Shown piece by piece: positions 39,300 to 50,192 of a stretch of DNA of 64,000 nt. The position numbers and the translations under genes are program-made. The stretch is taken from positions 121,497-185,496 of the forward strand of contig JBHLLT010000004.1 in assembly GCA_048938855.1 (NCBI GenBank). The letters are read 5' to 3'. How positions within the stretch are numbered: position 1 is the stretch's first letter; each line of letters begins with the position of its first letter. The notes beneath the pieces are model-generated. The model did no database searches and was not told where the DNA came from. It was given only the letters and a program-made list of their open reading frames with translations. This stretch comes from Promethearchaeota archaeon. Lineage in GTDB: Archaea; Asgardarchaeota; Lokiarchaeia; Sigyniarchaeales; SOKP01.

Positions 39300-40841
39300 T
39301 TATTCCAAGCTATATCGTCTTTTAAGCATACGGATCAATTGATTATCAATCTGGGCTAAATCTATTAGTTCAGTTATTGCAGCTTTTGAATTGCGTAAGG
39401 TCTCCCATTTATTAATGTGCTTGTGTAATTCATTTTGTTCAATCATTATTCTTTCATTTAATTGAACTAATCCACATTTTTCAGTTACTTTTTGGGCTTG
39501 AGTTATTGATTCCTCAGCTTTTTTCAAATCTAATGTGATTAACTCTAGTTTAGCTTGCAAAATATAAGTCTCAGCTAACCACCAGTATGATTTTGCATTC
39601 TTGGAAGTCTCTAGCATCTGATTTATATAATTTTGAATATCCTTTAATAATTCTAAATTATTAGTTTTCCGCAATTCATCCAGCAATAGATCACATAGAT
39701 TTAGGAGAGCTCTATACGCGGCTTCGAAGAATATAGTAGCTTCGAATAATGTTTTTTCTTCAACCAACTTCTTTAAAATTTCCTTAGCTTTTGCCTGGTT
39801 ACTTCCTATTGGACTTGTTTTCAATAATAAAGCTTTATCTAATTGAAAGAATACATTTTTAATCTTAACATTAAAATTCGCCATTGTTTGCTCCATACGC
39901 CCCAAGTAATATTTCGCTCGTTCAAGATCATTGTTAATAAGACTAAACCAAAATAATGTATCCAAATTTTCATTCATACCGAAGATGTCTCCCATCTCCT
40001 GAGATGTCTTGACACTTTCATCTGCAAAAATTAATGCTCGTTTTAAATTTCCTTTTTGTTCATAAATGTATGCTAATCCGCCAAGCGAAAATGCAATTCC
40101 CCTTTTATAGTTAATATCTTTGGCAAGTCCAAAAGCATGGTTATAAAAATCAGAAGCTCGATCTAAATCACTATGAATAAAATGAAAATCTCCTAATCTT
40201 GTAAAGCACATTGACATTAAAGATTTGAAATCAGTTTTTTTTGCAAGGTCAAAAGCTGTCTGAATGCACTTTTGAGAATAATCCCAATCAATTCTATAGT
40301 AAAAATAAATATTACCTTTTAGATAGTAAGATAAGGCGAGTTCTCGTTCATCTCCAACTTCTTCTCGCAGTTTAAAACTATATTCCATATTTTTGATTGC
40401 TTTATTTATATTTCCTTCATATATATAAATCCAACCACTAATGTCAGCTAATCTAGCGGCTCTCTTATTTAATTCTGCTGTGTTTTCAGGACGAATTGAT
40501 TTTAATAATTCTTCACCACTCGCGATCAAATTAAAAGCATTCAATGGCTTTCCTTGTCTCCATAAAATATGGGATTTAATAATAAAAATATCAATTAAAT
40601 GGAGATTAAATTTAAGTTCTTTAATTTCTTGAGATATTTGGTCTATAGTATTAAGAGCCTTGCGATAATTACCTATTTCAAAAAGTAGAGAGCATTTGAG
40701 GACAGTGCAAGAAATTCGTTCATAAGTAGAAAGATCCTTACTTTCCTCGATATTCTCCAATGCTTGAAGAGCTTCCTCATACCTACATTTATTTTTAAGG
40801 AGTTCTATATTAGATAAATCTCTTATTCTTGAATACTGCAT
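39300..40841 (-). CDS. TPR-repeat protein (copy 1)
   Basis: TPR consensus repeats; close paralog of 41184-42725. Confidence 0.85.
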   Translation of the reverse strand: MQYSRIRDLSNIELLKNKCRYEEALQALENIEESKDLSTYERISCTVLKCSLLFEIGNYRKALNTIDQISQEIKELKFNLHLIDIFIIKSHILWRQGKPLNAFNLIASGEELLKSIRPENTAELNKRAARLADISGWIYIYEGNINKAIKNMEYSFKLREEVGDERELALSYYLKGNIYFYYRIDWDYSQKCIQTAFDLAKKTDFKSLMSMCFTRLGDFHFIHSDLDRASDFYNHAFGLAKDINYKRGIAFSLGGLAYIYEQKGNLKRALIFADESVKTSQEMGDIFGMNENLDTLFWFSLINNDLERAKYYLGRMEQTMANFNVKIKNVFFQLDKALLLKTSPIGSNQAKAKEILKKLVEEKTLFEATIFFEAAYRALLNLCDLLLDELRKTNNLELLKDIQNYINQMLETSKNAKSYWWLAETYILQAKLELITLDLKKAEESITQAQKVTEKCGLVQLNERIMIEQNELHKHINKWETLRNSKAAITELIDLAQIDNQLIRMLKRRYSLE

Positions 40842-40949
40842 AAAATTGAGAAAAGGATTAAATTCAAAATCTCAATATATTTTAAGTAAATATAAGCACT
40901 TTTTTGTATAAAAAGATATATTTCTTTACAAAAATGGAAAATGAAAGTT

Positions 40950-41097
40950 AATCTTTTTTATATCCTTTTTTTTCAATTCAAAAATCGATTTTAGAGGTAA
41001 TGAGGCATCTAAATAATTTGGGGGTATTTTTTAAATCAGACGCGACGATCTTGGTATCTTTTTCAAAAAATTCTCTATTTAATCTTTCAAAAAGCAT
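40950..41097 (-). pseudogene. chimeric duplication scar: mpg 5' fragment joined to wHTH-regulator fragments
   Basis: MLFERLNREFFEKDTKIVASDL matches mpg N-terminus; adjacent DNA matches KIPPK and YLDASLPLKSIFELKKK coding segments of 42848-43600. Confidence 0.8.
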
Positions 41098-41183
41098 CAA
41101 GTATCAATATCTCTTATCTTTGCAAATAATAATTTGATCTATATAAGATTTCACATAAAATATTCTATTGATTAAGATTTTGG

Positions 41184-42725
41184 TTATTCTAAACTATATC
41201 GTCTCTTAAGCATGCGAATTAATTGATCATCAATCTGGGCTAAATCTATTAGTTCAGTTATCGTAGCTTTTGAACCTTGCAATAGTTTCCATTTATTAAG
41301 TTGTTTATGTAAATCGTGCTGTTCAACTAATATTCTTTCACTTAATTGAATTAAACCATATTTTTCAGCTATTTTTTGAGCTTGAGTTATTGAATCCTCA
41401 GCCTTTTTTAAATCTAATGTAATTAATTCTAATTTAGATTGTAATAAATATGTCTCAGCTAACCACCAGAATGAATTTGCATTTTTAGAGATATACAACA
41501 TCTGATGTATATAAGATTTGATGTCATTTAGTAATTCTAAATTATTGGTATTTCGTAATTCATTTAATAATAAATCACAAAGAGTAAGGAGCGCTCTAAA
41601 AATAGTTTCGAAGAATAGAGAGGTTTCAGAGATAGTTTTTTCTTGGACCAGCTCTATCAATATTTCTTTAGCTTTTACTTGGTTACTAGCTAAAGGACTA
41701 GTTTTTAAAAATAAGGCCTTATTCACTTGAAATAATACTTTAGTCATTTTATATTCAAAAGTCTCCATTATTTGTTCCATACGATTAATATAATATTTTG
41801 CTCGCTCAAGATCATTGTCATTGAGAGTAAACAATATACAATAATCCAGATTTTCGGTCAGACCGAAACTGTCTCCCATTTCTTCATAAATATTATTACT
41901 CTTATCTAGCAATTTTAAAGCTCTTTTTAAATCACCTTTTTCCTCATAAAAGTAAGCAAGTCCCTCAAGTGCCCATGCAGTTCCCCTCTTATGGCCTATA
42001 TCTTTTAAAACGTTATAACTTTGGGTATAATACTCAAAAGCTCTATCAAGATTACCTCCAAAAAAACAAAAATCTCCTAATCTTCCAAAACATAATCCCA
42101 TTAAGTATTTGAAATCAATTTTTTCTGCTAACTCTAATGCTTTTTGTATGCATTTTTTAGAATATTTCCAATCAATTTTATGGTAAAAATAAATATTTCC
42201 TTTTAAATAAGTAGATAAAGCAATTGCTCGGTCATCACCGATTAGTTCTCGCAGTTTAAGACTATTTTCCATGTTTTTTCTAGCTTTGTTAATGTCTCCT
42301 TCATATATATAAATCCAACCTTTAATATCTGACATTAGAGCCCATCTTTTCATTATTTCTGTAGGGTTTTCATGAGATATTTTCTCTAATAACTTTTCAA
42401 TATTCGTAATTAAATCGAAAATTTCTTTTAGTTTTCCTTTTCTCCATAAAATCTGTGATTTAGTAATCAAAGCGTCTATTAAATGGATATTGGGTTTCAA
42501 TTTCTGACTATGTTGACTTACTTTGTCTATGAACTCAAGCGCTTTGTTATAATTTCCTAATTCAAAAAGGAGAGAACTCTTAATAGTATAGCAAAAAATT
42601 TGTTCATAAATTGAAAGATCCTTATTTTCCTCGAGTTTACTTATTTCATGGAGAGCTTCCTTATACCTACATTTATTCTTAAGTAGTTCTATATTGGAAA
42701 ATTCCTTAGTCTTTGAATATAACAT
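41184..42725 (-). CDS. TPR-repeat protein (copy 2)
   Basis: same length (513 aa) and same KRRYSLE end as copy 1. Confidence 0.85.
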   Translation of the reverse strand: MLYSKTKEFSNIELLKNKCRYKEALHEISKLEENKDLSIYEQIFCYTIKSSLLFELGNYNKALEFIDKVSQHSQKLKPNIHLIDALITKSQILWRKGKLKEIFDLITNIEKLLEKISHENPTEIMKRWALMSDIKGWIYIYEGDINKARKNMENSLKLRELIGDDRAIALSTYLKGNIYFYHKIDWKYSKKCIQKALELAEKIDFKYLMGLCFGRLGDFCFFGGNLDRAFEYYTQSYNVLKDIGHKRGTAWALEGLAYFYEEKGDLKRALKLLDKSNNIYEEMGDSFGLTENLDYCILFTLNDNDLERAKYYINRMEQIMETFEYKMTKVLFQVNKALFLKTSPLASNQVKAKEILIELVQEKTISETSLFFETIFRALLTLCDLLLNELRNTNNLELLNDIKSYIHQMLYISKNANSFWWLAETYLLQSKLELITLDLKKAEDSITQAQKIAEKYGLIQLSERILVEQHDLHKQLNKWKLLQGSKATITELIDLAQIDDQLIRMLKRRYSLE

Positions 42726-42847
42726 ATGATTGAAGTTAAGGTTGAATTTATAATCTTAACTACTTTTGCAGTTAAGTAATTATAAATACATTTATGTATA
42801 AATAATTATATTTCTTTACAAAAAAGACAAATTAAGTTACCTTAATT

Positions 42848-43600
42848 TTAAGCCTTCTTATGAGATTTTTTTTTCAATTCAAAAATAGATTTTAACGGTA
42901 ATGAGGCATCTAAATAAACAAATGCGTTATTTGCATTTAGTTCTTGTTCCCTTGCTAGTTTTTCCAATCTTAATAAATATTCTATACGTATATCTAAAAA
43001 TTTTTCATATCGTTCATCATCAAAATACATAATATTAAACCAAGGCTCATTTGCTCCTGATAAATATGAATCATATATTCTTTTCGCTTTACCTATATCA
43101 TCCATTTGATCCTCGAAAACATTGAATAAAGGATTTAGAAGATCAAGCAATTTATGTATATTATAAATAGCATTTCTGTAATTCTTAATTTCTGAAATAT
43201 AGAATTCACGAAGTTTTTGGGGATCTTTCGGAGGTTCTAATTCTTTTACTTTTAGTTCACTCTTTTTATGATATTTCTCATTTATGCGGTAATATTTTGG
43301 GGGTATTTTTTCTCCTTCTCCCTCTTTTTTTTCCCCTCTTCTTGATAAAACGAGTCCATCCTTTTTCATGGAAATTAAAACTCTTGATACGGTCGACATA
43401 CTTTTCTTTACTAAATGGGAAATTTGAGTAACGTTTAATTCATGATATAACTGAAGTATCGCCCAAATTTCATATCTTAATTCGTGCTTATCAATTAAAG
43501 ATAACCATTCTTCCTCTAAAATAATATCTCCATACATTTCTCTCTTAGCATATTTACTTTTTAAATTTTCTTCATCATATCTATTATTCTTTTCATTCAT
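42848..43600 (-). CDS. winged-helix (ArsR-like) transcriptional regulator
   Basis: ELNVTQISHLVKKSMSTVSRVL HTH. Confidence 0.8.
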   Translation of the reverse strand: MNEKNNRYDEENLKSKYAKREMYGDIILEEEWLSLIDKHELRYEIWAILQLYHELNVTQISHLVKKSMSTVSRVLISMKKDGLVLSRRGEKKEGEGEKIPPKYYRINEKYHKKSELKVKELEPPKDPQKLREFYISEIKNYRNAIYNIHKLLDLLNPLFNVFEDQMDDIGKAKRIYDSYLSGANEPWFNIMYFDDERYEKFLDIRIEYLLRLEKLAREQELNANNAFVYLDASLPLKSIFELKKKSHKKA

Positions 43601-43847
43601 CTTAGTCTATTTCTATGGTTAACTGTTTATATTAAAGATAAATAAAGTACTTTTTGAAATTAATTTGATACACGGGTTTTCCATGCTATTACGGAAATAA
43701 AATTTTATTTCCTCTATATAAAAGATCACAATATTTAAATATAAATCTTTCCCATTATATAATGATAAAGAGCCCTCTCATAATTACCATATCATTGGGA
43801 CGGCTTATATCAAAAATTTGATTTCATAAAAAAGAGCCTGAAAAAAA

Positions 43848-44537
43848 ATGAAAAGATCTAATTTATTAAAAATATCGATACCTTTAGTGATAGCAATAGT
43901 TTTCCTTTGTTGTGCATCTACAGTATATGCAGTAAGTGACGACTCTAAAGTGACTTTTAGACCATTAAGTGATTGGGAGCTAAACAATCCAAGTATCTTT
44001 TATACTTGGGGAGGGTGGCCTCCTGGAGCAGACACTCCTGTTTATCGAATATTGCTTGCTGATTTTTTCGCAGGTATCCCTCCCCCAGAAGGTACCTATG
44101 ATGGATATATTAAGGAACGTGAATTATCTGATGGACGAGCTTTAGTTACTGTGTATTTAAGCCTTGAAGATGCCCCATTCTGGTTAGGTGTTGTTCCAAA
44201 TTTTCCATTTCCCTCAGATCCATCTGTACAAATATTTGAAAATGGGAAAATAATTAATTATCGTGAAGTAGTTGAATTTTATATCCCATACCCTGGTGCT
44301 CCAATACCAAGTTTATTTGATATAGGTTGGGAGGATTATACATTTATGAGTGGAGTTGGGCATGGTATAGGAATTTTTACCGATTATGCTGAAAACTTTG
44401 GATTTACTTCCGGAGAAAAGGGTATGATGACAATTAATCAGAGAGGCCTTGTTCATGCTGGATTTCAAAATGGTTTCAAAGGAGCTTTGAGGGATTTCTT
44501 CCCAGCAGAAATTATAAATGTTCATCAAATAAGCTAG
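43848..44537 (+). CDS. secreted protein, distant paralog of 47316-47942
   Basis: signal peptide; shared RPxSD, ERxLxDGR, NQxGL, PxE..H motifs. Confidence 0.8.
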   Translation: MKRSNLLKISIPLVIAIVFLCCASTVYAVSDDSKVTFRPLSDWELNNPSIFYTWGGWPPGADTPVYRILLADFFAGIPPPEGTYDGYIKERELSDGRALVTVYLSLEDAPFWLGVVPNFPFPSDPSVQIFENGKIINYREVVEFYIPYPGAPIPSLFDIGWEDYTFMSGVGHGIGIFTDYAENFGFTSGEKGMMTINQRGLVHAGFQNGFKGALRDFFPAEIINVHQIS

Positions 44538-44590
44538 ATTTACGATAAAAGGAGAGATAGCAAAAGAAGAGGGTGAATCTTAAATTAAAT

Positions 44591-44692
44591 TATAGAAAAG
44601 GAGGAAAAAGTTTAGATAATTGGCTTCTCGAATGACCACACCTAAACCAATATTCCTCCATTCTATATATCTTTTTTTTTTTATTTAAACTT
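44591..44692 (+). repeat. conserved 3' hairpin/terminator element, copy B
   Basis: TATAGAA..GGAGGAA..GTTTAG..TGG..CCA..CTAAAC..TTCCTCC..TTCTATA followed by a long T run. Confidence 0.85.
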
Positions 44693-44774
44693 GGTTAAGA
44701 AAATAATATTATTAACTCTTTTTTTTGACAAATTCATCTTTAAGGAAGTAAACTTATAAACTAGTTTCAAATTA

Positions 44775-46307
44775 CTAAGATTTTCTTAAACTAATTCTTT
44801 TTTTGAGCAAACGTCTAATCTGCTCTTCTAAACCGGCTAACTCTATTCGGGTGGCAATTTTTGTTTTAGATTGTTTTAATTCCTCCCAATTATTAAGTTT
44901 CTTAGACAATTCCTCTTGTTCTTCTGAAACTTGTTCAGCTAAAAGATTTAGGTTATACTTTTCAGCAATATGGGCTGCTTGAGTTAATAATTGCTGAGTT
45001 TCGTTAAATTCGAACGTTATTAACTTCAATTTAGCTAGCAATAAATATGATTCTGCTAGCAGCCAATAGGAGTGCGAATTTTTAGCAGCATTCCTTATTT
45101 GATTTACATAATCTTGTATCTCATCCAGTACTTTTAAATTACCGGTATTGCTTAGCTTAATTAGAAGTAACTCACATAAGTGAAGTAGAGACAGTATAGA
45201 AAATTCATAAATTGTATCCTCATCCTTAATAACTAGCCTTAATATTTCTTCAGCTTTATCTCGATTGCGAGCTTGAGAACTAGATTTCAATATTAAAGCC
45301 TTAGTAAGAAGATACTCTATATTTAATATTTTATTTTCCAATTTATCTTTCATTGGCTTCCACTCGAGAAGACGTTGTTGTGCTTGTTTAAGATCGCCCT
45401 TTTCAACTAATATTTGAATTAAAAAACTGTAAATTCCAGCTTTGTATTTTAAATTTCCCAACTTATTGCATAGTGCTAAACTCTGTTCTAAGCACTCTAG
45501 AGCACGGTCTAATTCTCCTTTCTTTCTATAAGAATCCCCCATATTATTAAGAACCATAGCCATCCTCTCTTTATTGTTAAGATCCTTGAAGATCGTTAAA
45601 CTTTGTTCGCTAAATAAAATACTTCGATCTAGGTCCCCTTTAAAATGATATATAGCTGCCATATCTTTAAGTCCATCCGCAATATTGTATTTCCAATTGC
45701 TATCCTTGGCAATAACCAAACCTTGGTTCACATATTCTAAAGCACGGTCTAATTCACCCCCATCAATACCAATTCTCCATCCAAGTTTTAAAAGGGATTT
45801 AGAAACTTTCTTTGTAGCACCAAACTTTTCTTGCAATGCTAAAACGCGTTTATAGTGCTCTACAGCCAAATCAGAGTTATAATTACGAGCATAAAACCAT
45901 CCTTTAACATAAGCCATAGAAGCTTCTCTTTGTGGATTGCTTTTGGGTAATTCTCGTGATAGTATTTTTAATAACTCTTCTCCCTGCTCAATGATTTTAG
46001 CAGCTTTTTCAAATTCCCAAAGGTGAATAAAAGTCTCGGCCATTATAAGTAAGGTATTAAAAGATAAAACATTATTTCCTAAGTCCAAACTCTTTTTGTA
46101 TGTTTTTTGAGTAAGCTTGACAACTTTTTCATATAAACCCTGCTGGAAAAAAAGCTCACATTTAAGGAGATTGCATGATATTATCTCATAAAGAGTGTGC
46201 TCTTCTTTTTCTTCAAGAAGCTTTATTAATTGAATAGCTTCATCATGGTTACCTTCATCAATGAGTCTTTCTACTTGATTTAATTCTATTGATTTTGAAT
46301 TTAACAT
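44775..46307 (-). CDS. TPR-repeat protein (copy 3, divergent)
   Basis: clear TPRs (LNNMGDSYRKKGELDRALECLEQSL) and the same C-terminal domain. Confidence 0.85.
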   Translation of the reverse strand: MLNSKSIELNQVERLIDEGNHDEAIQLIKLLEEKEEHTLYEIISCNLLKCELFFQQGLYEKVVKLTQKTYKKSLDLGNNVLSFNTLLIMAETFIHLWEFEKAAKIIEQGEELLKILSRELPKSNPQREASMAYVKGWFYARNYNSDLAVEHYKRVLALQEKFGATKKVSKSLLKLGWRIGIDGGELDRALEYVNQGLVIAKDSNWKYNIADGLKDMAAIYHFKGDLDRSILFSEQSLTIFKDLNNKERMAMVLNNMGDSYRKKGELDRALECLEQSLALCNKLGNLKYKAGIYSFLIQILVEKGDLKQAQQRLLEWKPMKDKLENKILNIEYLLTKALILKSSSQARNRDKAEEILRLVIKDEDTIYEFSILSLLHLCELLLIKLSNTGNLKVLDEIQDYVNQIRNAAKNSHSYWLLAESYLLLAKLKLITFEFNETQQLLTQAAHIAEKYNLNLLAEQVSEEQEELSKKLNNWEELKQSKTKIATRIELAGLEEQIRRLLKKRISLRKS

Positions 46308-46328
46308 ATACTAAACCCTCTGCTTCTG

Positions 46329-47036
46329 TTAGTAAATAGATTTTTTCATTTTTAACTTTTTTGTAAGTTTGAATAAAGCTGAATAAGGCAATGACATATC
46401 AAAATAGACAATAGCGTTATCTTCATCCAACTCATGCCTCATTAGTAATTTCTGAAGTTTCATCATGTACTCTATGCGTAAATCTAAGAAATCTTTATAA
46501 CGTTTTTCATCAATATGCACAATAGAACATGTAATTTCATTTATATCTGATAAGAATTCTTTATAAATACTTTTTGCAGATTCGATATTCTCAACATCTG
46601 CTACTTGTTCTCTAAAATACTTTAGTAATATTTTCAAATATTCAAATCGTTTTTCCAGGTCTTTTATTATTTTTCTGTATTCATCAATCTTTGAATTATA
46701 AAATTCTTGAAGTTCTTCTGGTTCTTCAGGTAAATTCTCTTCATCCCATTTATCTTCCAATTTTTGAAATTTTGGATTGATTTGAAAAAATTTTGGTGGA
46801 ATTTTTTCTCCTTTTCCCTTTTTTGCCCTCCTTGATATTAGAAGTTCATCATTTTCCATTCCAATTAAAACTCGTGATACTGTCGATTTGCTTCGCTTTA
46901 CATATTGAGTTATTTCAGTAACATTTAATTCATTATACAGTTCCAGAACCATCCAAATATCATGACGCAAAGGATGTTCATTAATTAATTCTAACCAAGT
47001 TTTTTCTTTTTTACCTTCAGTTTTGCTTTCTAACAA
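46329..47036 (-). CDS. winged-helix transcriptional regulator (paralog of 42848-43600)
   Basis: ELNVTEITQYVKRSKSTVSRVL, GEKIPPK; GGTGA SD. Confidence 0.8.
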   Translation of the reverse strand: MLESKTEGKKEKTWLELINEHPLRHDIWMVLELYNELNVTEITQYVKRSKSTVSRVLIGMENDELLISRRAKKGKGEKIPPKFFQINPKFQKLEDKWDEENLPEEPEELQEFYNSKIDEYRKIIKDLEKRFEYLKILLKYFREQVADVENIESAKSIYKEFLSDINEITCSIVHIDEKRYKDFLDLRIEYMMKLQKLLMRHELDEDNAIVYFDMSLPYSALFKLTKKLKMKKSIY

Positions 47037-47315
47037 TATCTCACCTTATCGATTTCACATTCACATGTAATTTAGTTTAATTCTTATTATTGGGATGTAA
47101 TCAATATTTTGTCGGTTTTAATTCATTTTTTCCTACGTAAAACATAAAGATCTCTTATATTTAATGAGGTTTATTTTCCTCAAATATATATTAGTGACCA
47201 TAACATTTAAATATGACCCTTCCCATAATGAATATTGGATAGGTCGTCCCATCTGGGTATGATTATAGGACGACTTATTAAAGAAATTTAATCTGTAAAA
47301 AAAGGTGTAAAGAAA

Positions 47316-47942
47316 ATGAATAGAAAAACAAGAATAAGTCTTTTAGCAACTTTAGGAATTTGTATGTTAAGTTTTATGCCAGCAGTATTAGGAACAGCAG
47401 ATTCTAGACCAATTTCGGACTTTGTAGACACTAACGATTACACTGGTGTAGCAGCTTGGGTGGATCCCGAAACCAATTTAATCATTTTCCCTCATGGATT
47501 TTATGTAACTCCTCCAGGCACAAATTTAATCTCGGATTGCGAACATCATGGTTCTGTACTCGAGAGAGACCTGAAAGATGGACGAATTATGTATAGGATT
47601 AATTTACATGTAAAAGGTGCCTATATGTTGGTCGGTGATTATGGTGTTAATCCATTTGTATTTGAAGGTGAAATGGACTACTCTTTCACATGCATCGTAA
47701 TTGTTGAGGGTGAAATGGGGGGACCTGTCCCAAATCTTATTGATGTATGGTTTTATGGTGCCGGTGAAGCTCCATATTCGCATTTGACTGGGAGTGGTAC
47801 AGGGACATTTCTAGTTGATGCATTTGGTTTCAGTGCGGGGGACACTGCGAACGTAAAAGTGAACCAAATTGGTCTTACTAAACCAGAGGGCCATCCATTT
47901 TATCCCGGATTGTGGCCAGTTGAATTGGTATTTCTTCATTAA
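47316..47942 (+). CDS. secreted protein of unknown function
   Basis: signal peptide, AGGTG SD, near-identical to 34577-35200. Confidence 0.85.
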   Translation: MNRKTRISLLATLGICMLSFMPAVLGTADSRPISDFVDTNDYTGVAAWVDPETNLIIFPHGFYVTPPGTNLISDCEHHGSVLERDLKDGRIMYRINLHVKGAYMLVGDYGVNPFVFEGEMDYSFTCIVIVEGEMGGPVPNLIDVWFYGAGEAPYSHLTGSGTGTFLVDAFGFSAGDTANVKVNQIGLTKPEGHPFYPGLWPVELVFLH

Positions 47943-47954
47943 AGAACGAAAAAG

Positions 47955-49157
47955 GTGTTACTAATTACTAAGCGCAATGTAAAATTAGTTATGGTAGGAA
48001 TTTCTTTTACCGTTATTATCCTGCTTGGCCTTTTAACTTCTCAGGCACTTGCGTGCTCTAGATCTCAATACTGGCCTAGTTGGTATATTTGGAGAGAAAC
48101 AAGTCCTGAAGAACAGGAGATGGATTCAAGTAAGATAGAGGAAATGTATGATTTTATCGAAGCAAACGAGATAAATATGCAAAGTGTACTGATTATTCGT
48201 AATGGGTACATAATTAATGAGGAATATCTTAATAACTCCATACGTATGGAACAAAAGAGTTATTATTGGCCTGAAGCCGATCCAGTTTGGGAACTTCGTG
48301 ATGGAAGACTACACCATATTTATAGTGCAACGAAATCTGTCGTCTCTCTGCTTACTGGGATAGCTATTGAAATGGGACTTTTCGACTTAGACACAAAATT
48401 CTTCGATGTTTTCCCAGATAGGTGGGACTCTGATTATTATGGTGACGTAAGAAAAAAAGATATAACTGTGGAAAATCTGCTATTACAAAACGCTGGTATT
48501 CAATGGAATGCGTGGGACCCGGTATTAAGTGAGGAATGGGCGGCTACTGATTATAGTATCGACTTCTATCTTCTGCAGCCAATGGCTTATACACCTGGAG
48601 AAGAGGACCCTTGGGCATGGACATATTCAAGTGCAAATACAGAAATGTTGTCCGTGATTATCGCAAATAGATCCGGGATGACAATGGCCGATTTTGCTCG
48701 AAAACATTTATTCAAACCGCTTAAAATTCGAGATAGCGAATGGGATTGGTTGTATGGTCCTTCGGCATGGGGAACAGGAGATCTTGCGAGTAAAAATTTC
48801 GGCGGATTCGGGCTTTTCATGACACATAAAGCGATGGCACGCATTGGATTGATGTGTTTAAATGGGGGAAATTGGCGTGGAAGAGAAGTTGTTACAGAAG
48901 AATGGGTTGAAACATCAACCAGTGCTCTAATAGAAAGAACATTTTTTGGGATGTTTGTATTTAATTATGGGTATTTATGGTGGGTTAATCCTGGTAAATA
49001 TTATCAAGCTTTTGGAGCATTTACACAACGGATAATTGTACTTCCAGAATATGATATTGTGGTGGTCTTCACTGCCAATGACCCAGATGATTTGATTTGG
49101 TCTGGTCCCGTCGATAGTGGGCTCATTGACGGTTTTATAATACCGGCTGTTTTTTAG
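47955..49157 (+). CDS. secreted serine hydrolase, beta-lactamase class C/AmpC-like family
   Basis: SATK (SxxK), WTYSS, YGYLWW, LFKPLKI. Confidence 0.88.
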   Translation: MLLITKRNVKLVMVGISFTVIILLGLLTSQALACSRSQYWPSWYIWRETSPEEQEMDSSKIEEMYDFIEANEINMQSVLIIRNGYIINEEYLNNSIRMEQKSYYWPEADPVWELRDGRLHHIYSATKSVVSLLTGIAIEMGLFDLDTKFFDVFPDRWDSDYYGDVRKKDITVENLLLQNAGIQWNAWDPVLSEEWAATDYSIDFYLLQPMAYTPGEEDPWAWTYSSANTEMLSVIIANRSGMTMADFARKHLFKPLKIRDSEWDWLYGPSAWGTGDLASKNFGGFGLFMTHKAMARIGLMCLNGGNWRGREVVTEEWVETSTSALIERTFFGMFVFNYGYLWWVNPGKYYQAFGAFTQRIIVLPEYDIVVVFTANDPDDLIWSGPVDSGLIDGFIIPAVF

Positions 49158-49239
49158 TAGAGAATATGAGTGTTATTAATAGCTAAAATTAGGAGTAAAA
49201 GAGAAATTGCATATGAGGGTTGAAATCTTTAAATTATAA

Positions 49240-49342
49240 TATAGAAAAAGGAGGAAGAAGGGTAGATAAATGGCTTCTCGAATGACCACACCTAAACCAA
49301 TATTCCTCCATTCTATATATCTTTTTTTTTTTATTTAAACTT
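49240..49342 (+). repeat. conserved 3' hairpin/terminator element, copy C
   Basis: about 70 nt identical to copy B. Confidence 0.85.
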
Positions 49343-49367
49343 AGTTAACATTATAGCACTATTGACT

Positions 49368-50192
49368 CTATTTTTTGACAAATTCTTCTTTAAGGAATGG
49401 TTCTAGTTTATTATTAGAGGCAATAAATGGAAATTTCACGTTAATGGATAATTCATGATCAATTTCTTTACCATCAATAGAATAAATTTTACCTCCTGCT
49501 TCTTTTAAAATTAACATACCTGCTGCTACATCTACTAATCTATTATTAGGTCTTAAATTAATAAAAGCTTCCATACTGCCTCTTGCTAGTTGGCATAAAG
49601 TTAGCGCACTACTACCGAGTATTCTTATTCGATAGAATCTTTGTATTAATGGACTTAATTCCTGGAGATTTTTCATTAAGTTTTTCATTGGAAGATTTAG
49701 TTCAAAAAAACAATTTTCAGTAATATCTAAGTCCGATACATAAATCTGTGAATCATTAAAATAAGCTCCTTTTCCTTTTTCTGCCCAATATATATCTTTT
49801 GTATTCAGATTAAGTACTACTGCTTTTATAATGTCATTTATCCGATTTCCAGTTGCTAAAGCGATTGAGACAGAACAGTAGGGAACGCCTCTAACAGCGT
49901 TATTAGAGCCATCCAATGGGTCTACAATTAATACATTTTGATCAATTTTGGCTTTTTCTACATCTCCTATGTATTTTTCTCCGATTTCTTCACTTATTAA
50001 TAATAAATTAGCGTCTGCTTTTTCTATTGAATTAATAATTACTTTTTCCGCAATTAGATCAATTTCCATTGATAAGTCCCCACCAGCACCTCTTCGCTTC
50101 TTTATTGCAGCTTCTTTTGTGCCTAAAAGAGGATTCACAGCATCAAATACATTATAAGTAATTTGCTTTAAGAAGTTGATATCCAATTCCAT
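49368..50192 (-). CDS. inositol monophosphatase/FBPase family protein
   Basis: SEE, IVDPLDGS, RILGS, DVAAG. Confidence 0.9.
   Translation of the reverse strand: MELDINFLKQITYNVFDAVNPLLGTKEAAIKKRRGAGGDLSMEIDLIAEKVIINSIEKADANLLLISEEIGEKYIGDVEKAKIDQNVLIVDPLDGSNNAVRGVPYCSVSIALATGNRINDIIKAVVLNLNTKDIYWAEKGKGAYFNDSQIYVSDLDITENCFFELNLPMKNLMKNLQELSPLIQRFYRIRILGSSALTLCQLARGSMEAFINLRPNNRLVDVAAGMLILKEAGGKIYSIDGKEIDHELSINVKFPFIASNNKLEPFLKEEFVKK

Noticed and set aside
47955-49157. Antibiotic-resistance beta-lactamase
   Set aside because: Motifs only place it in the broad serine hydrolase family; substrate unknown
34425-49342. The 90-nt 3' hairpin as another SECIS
   Set aside because: Upstream genes have no in-frame TGA and the loop motifs differ
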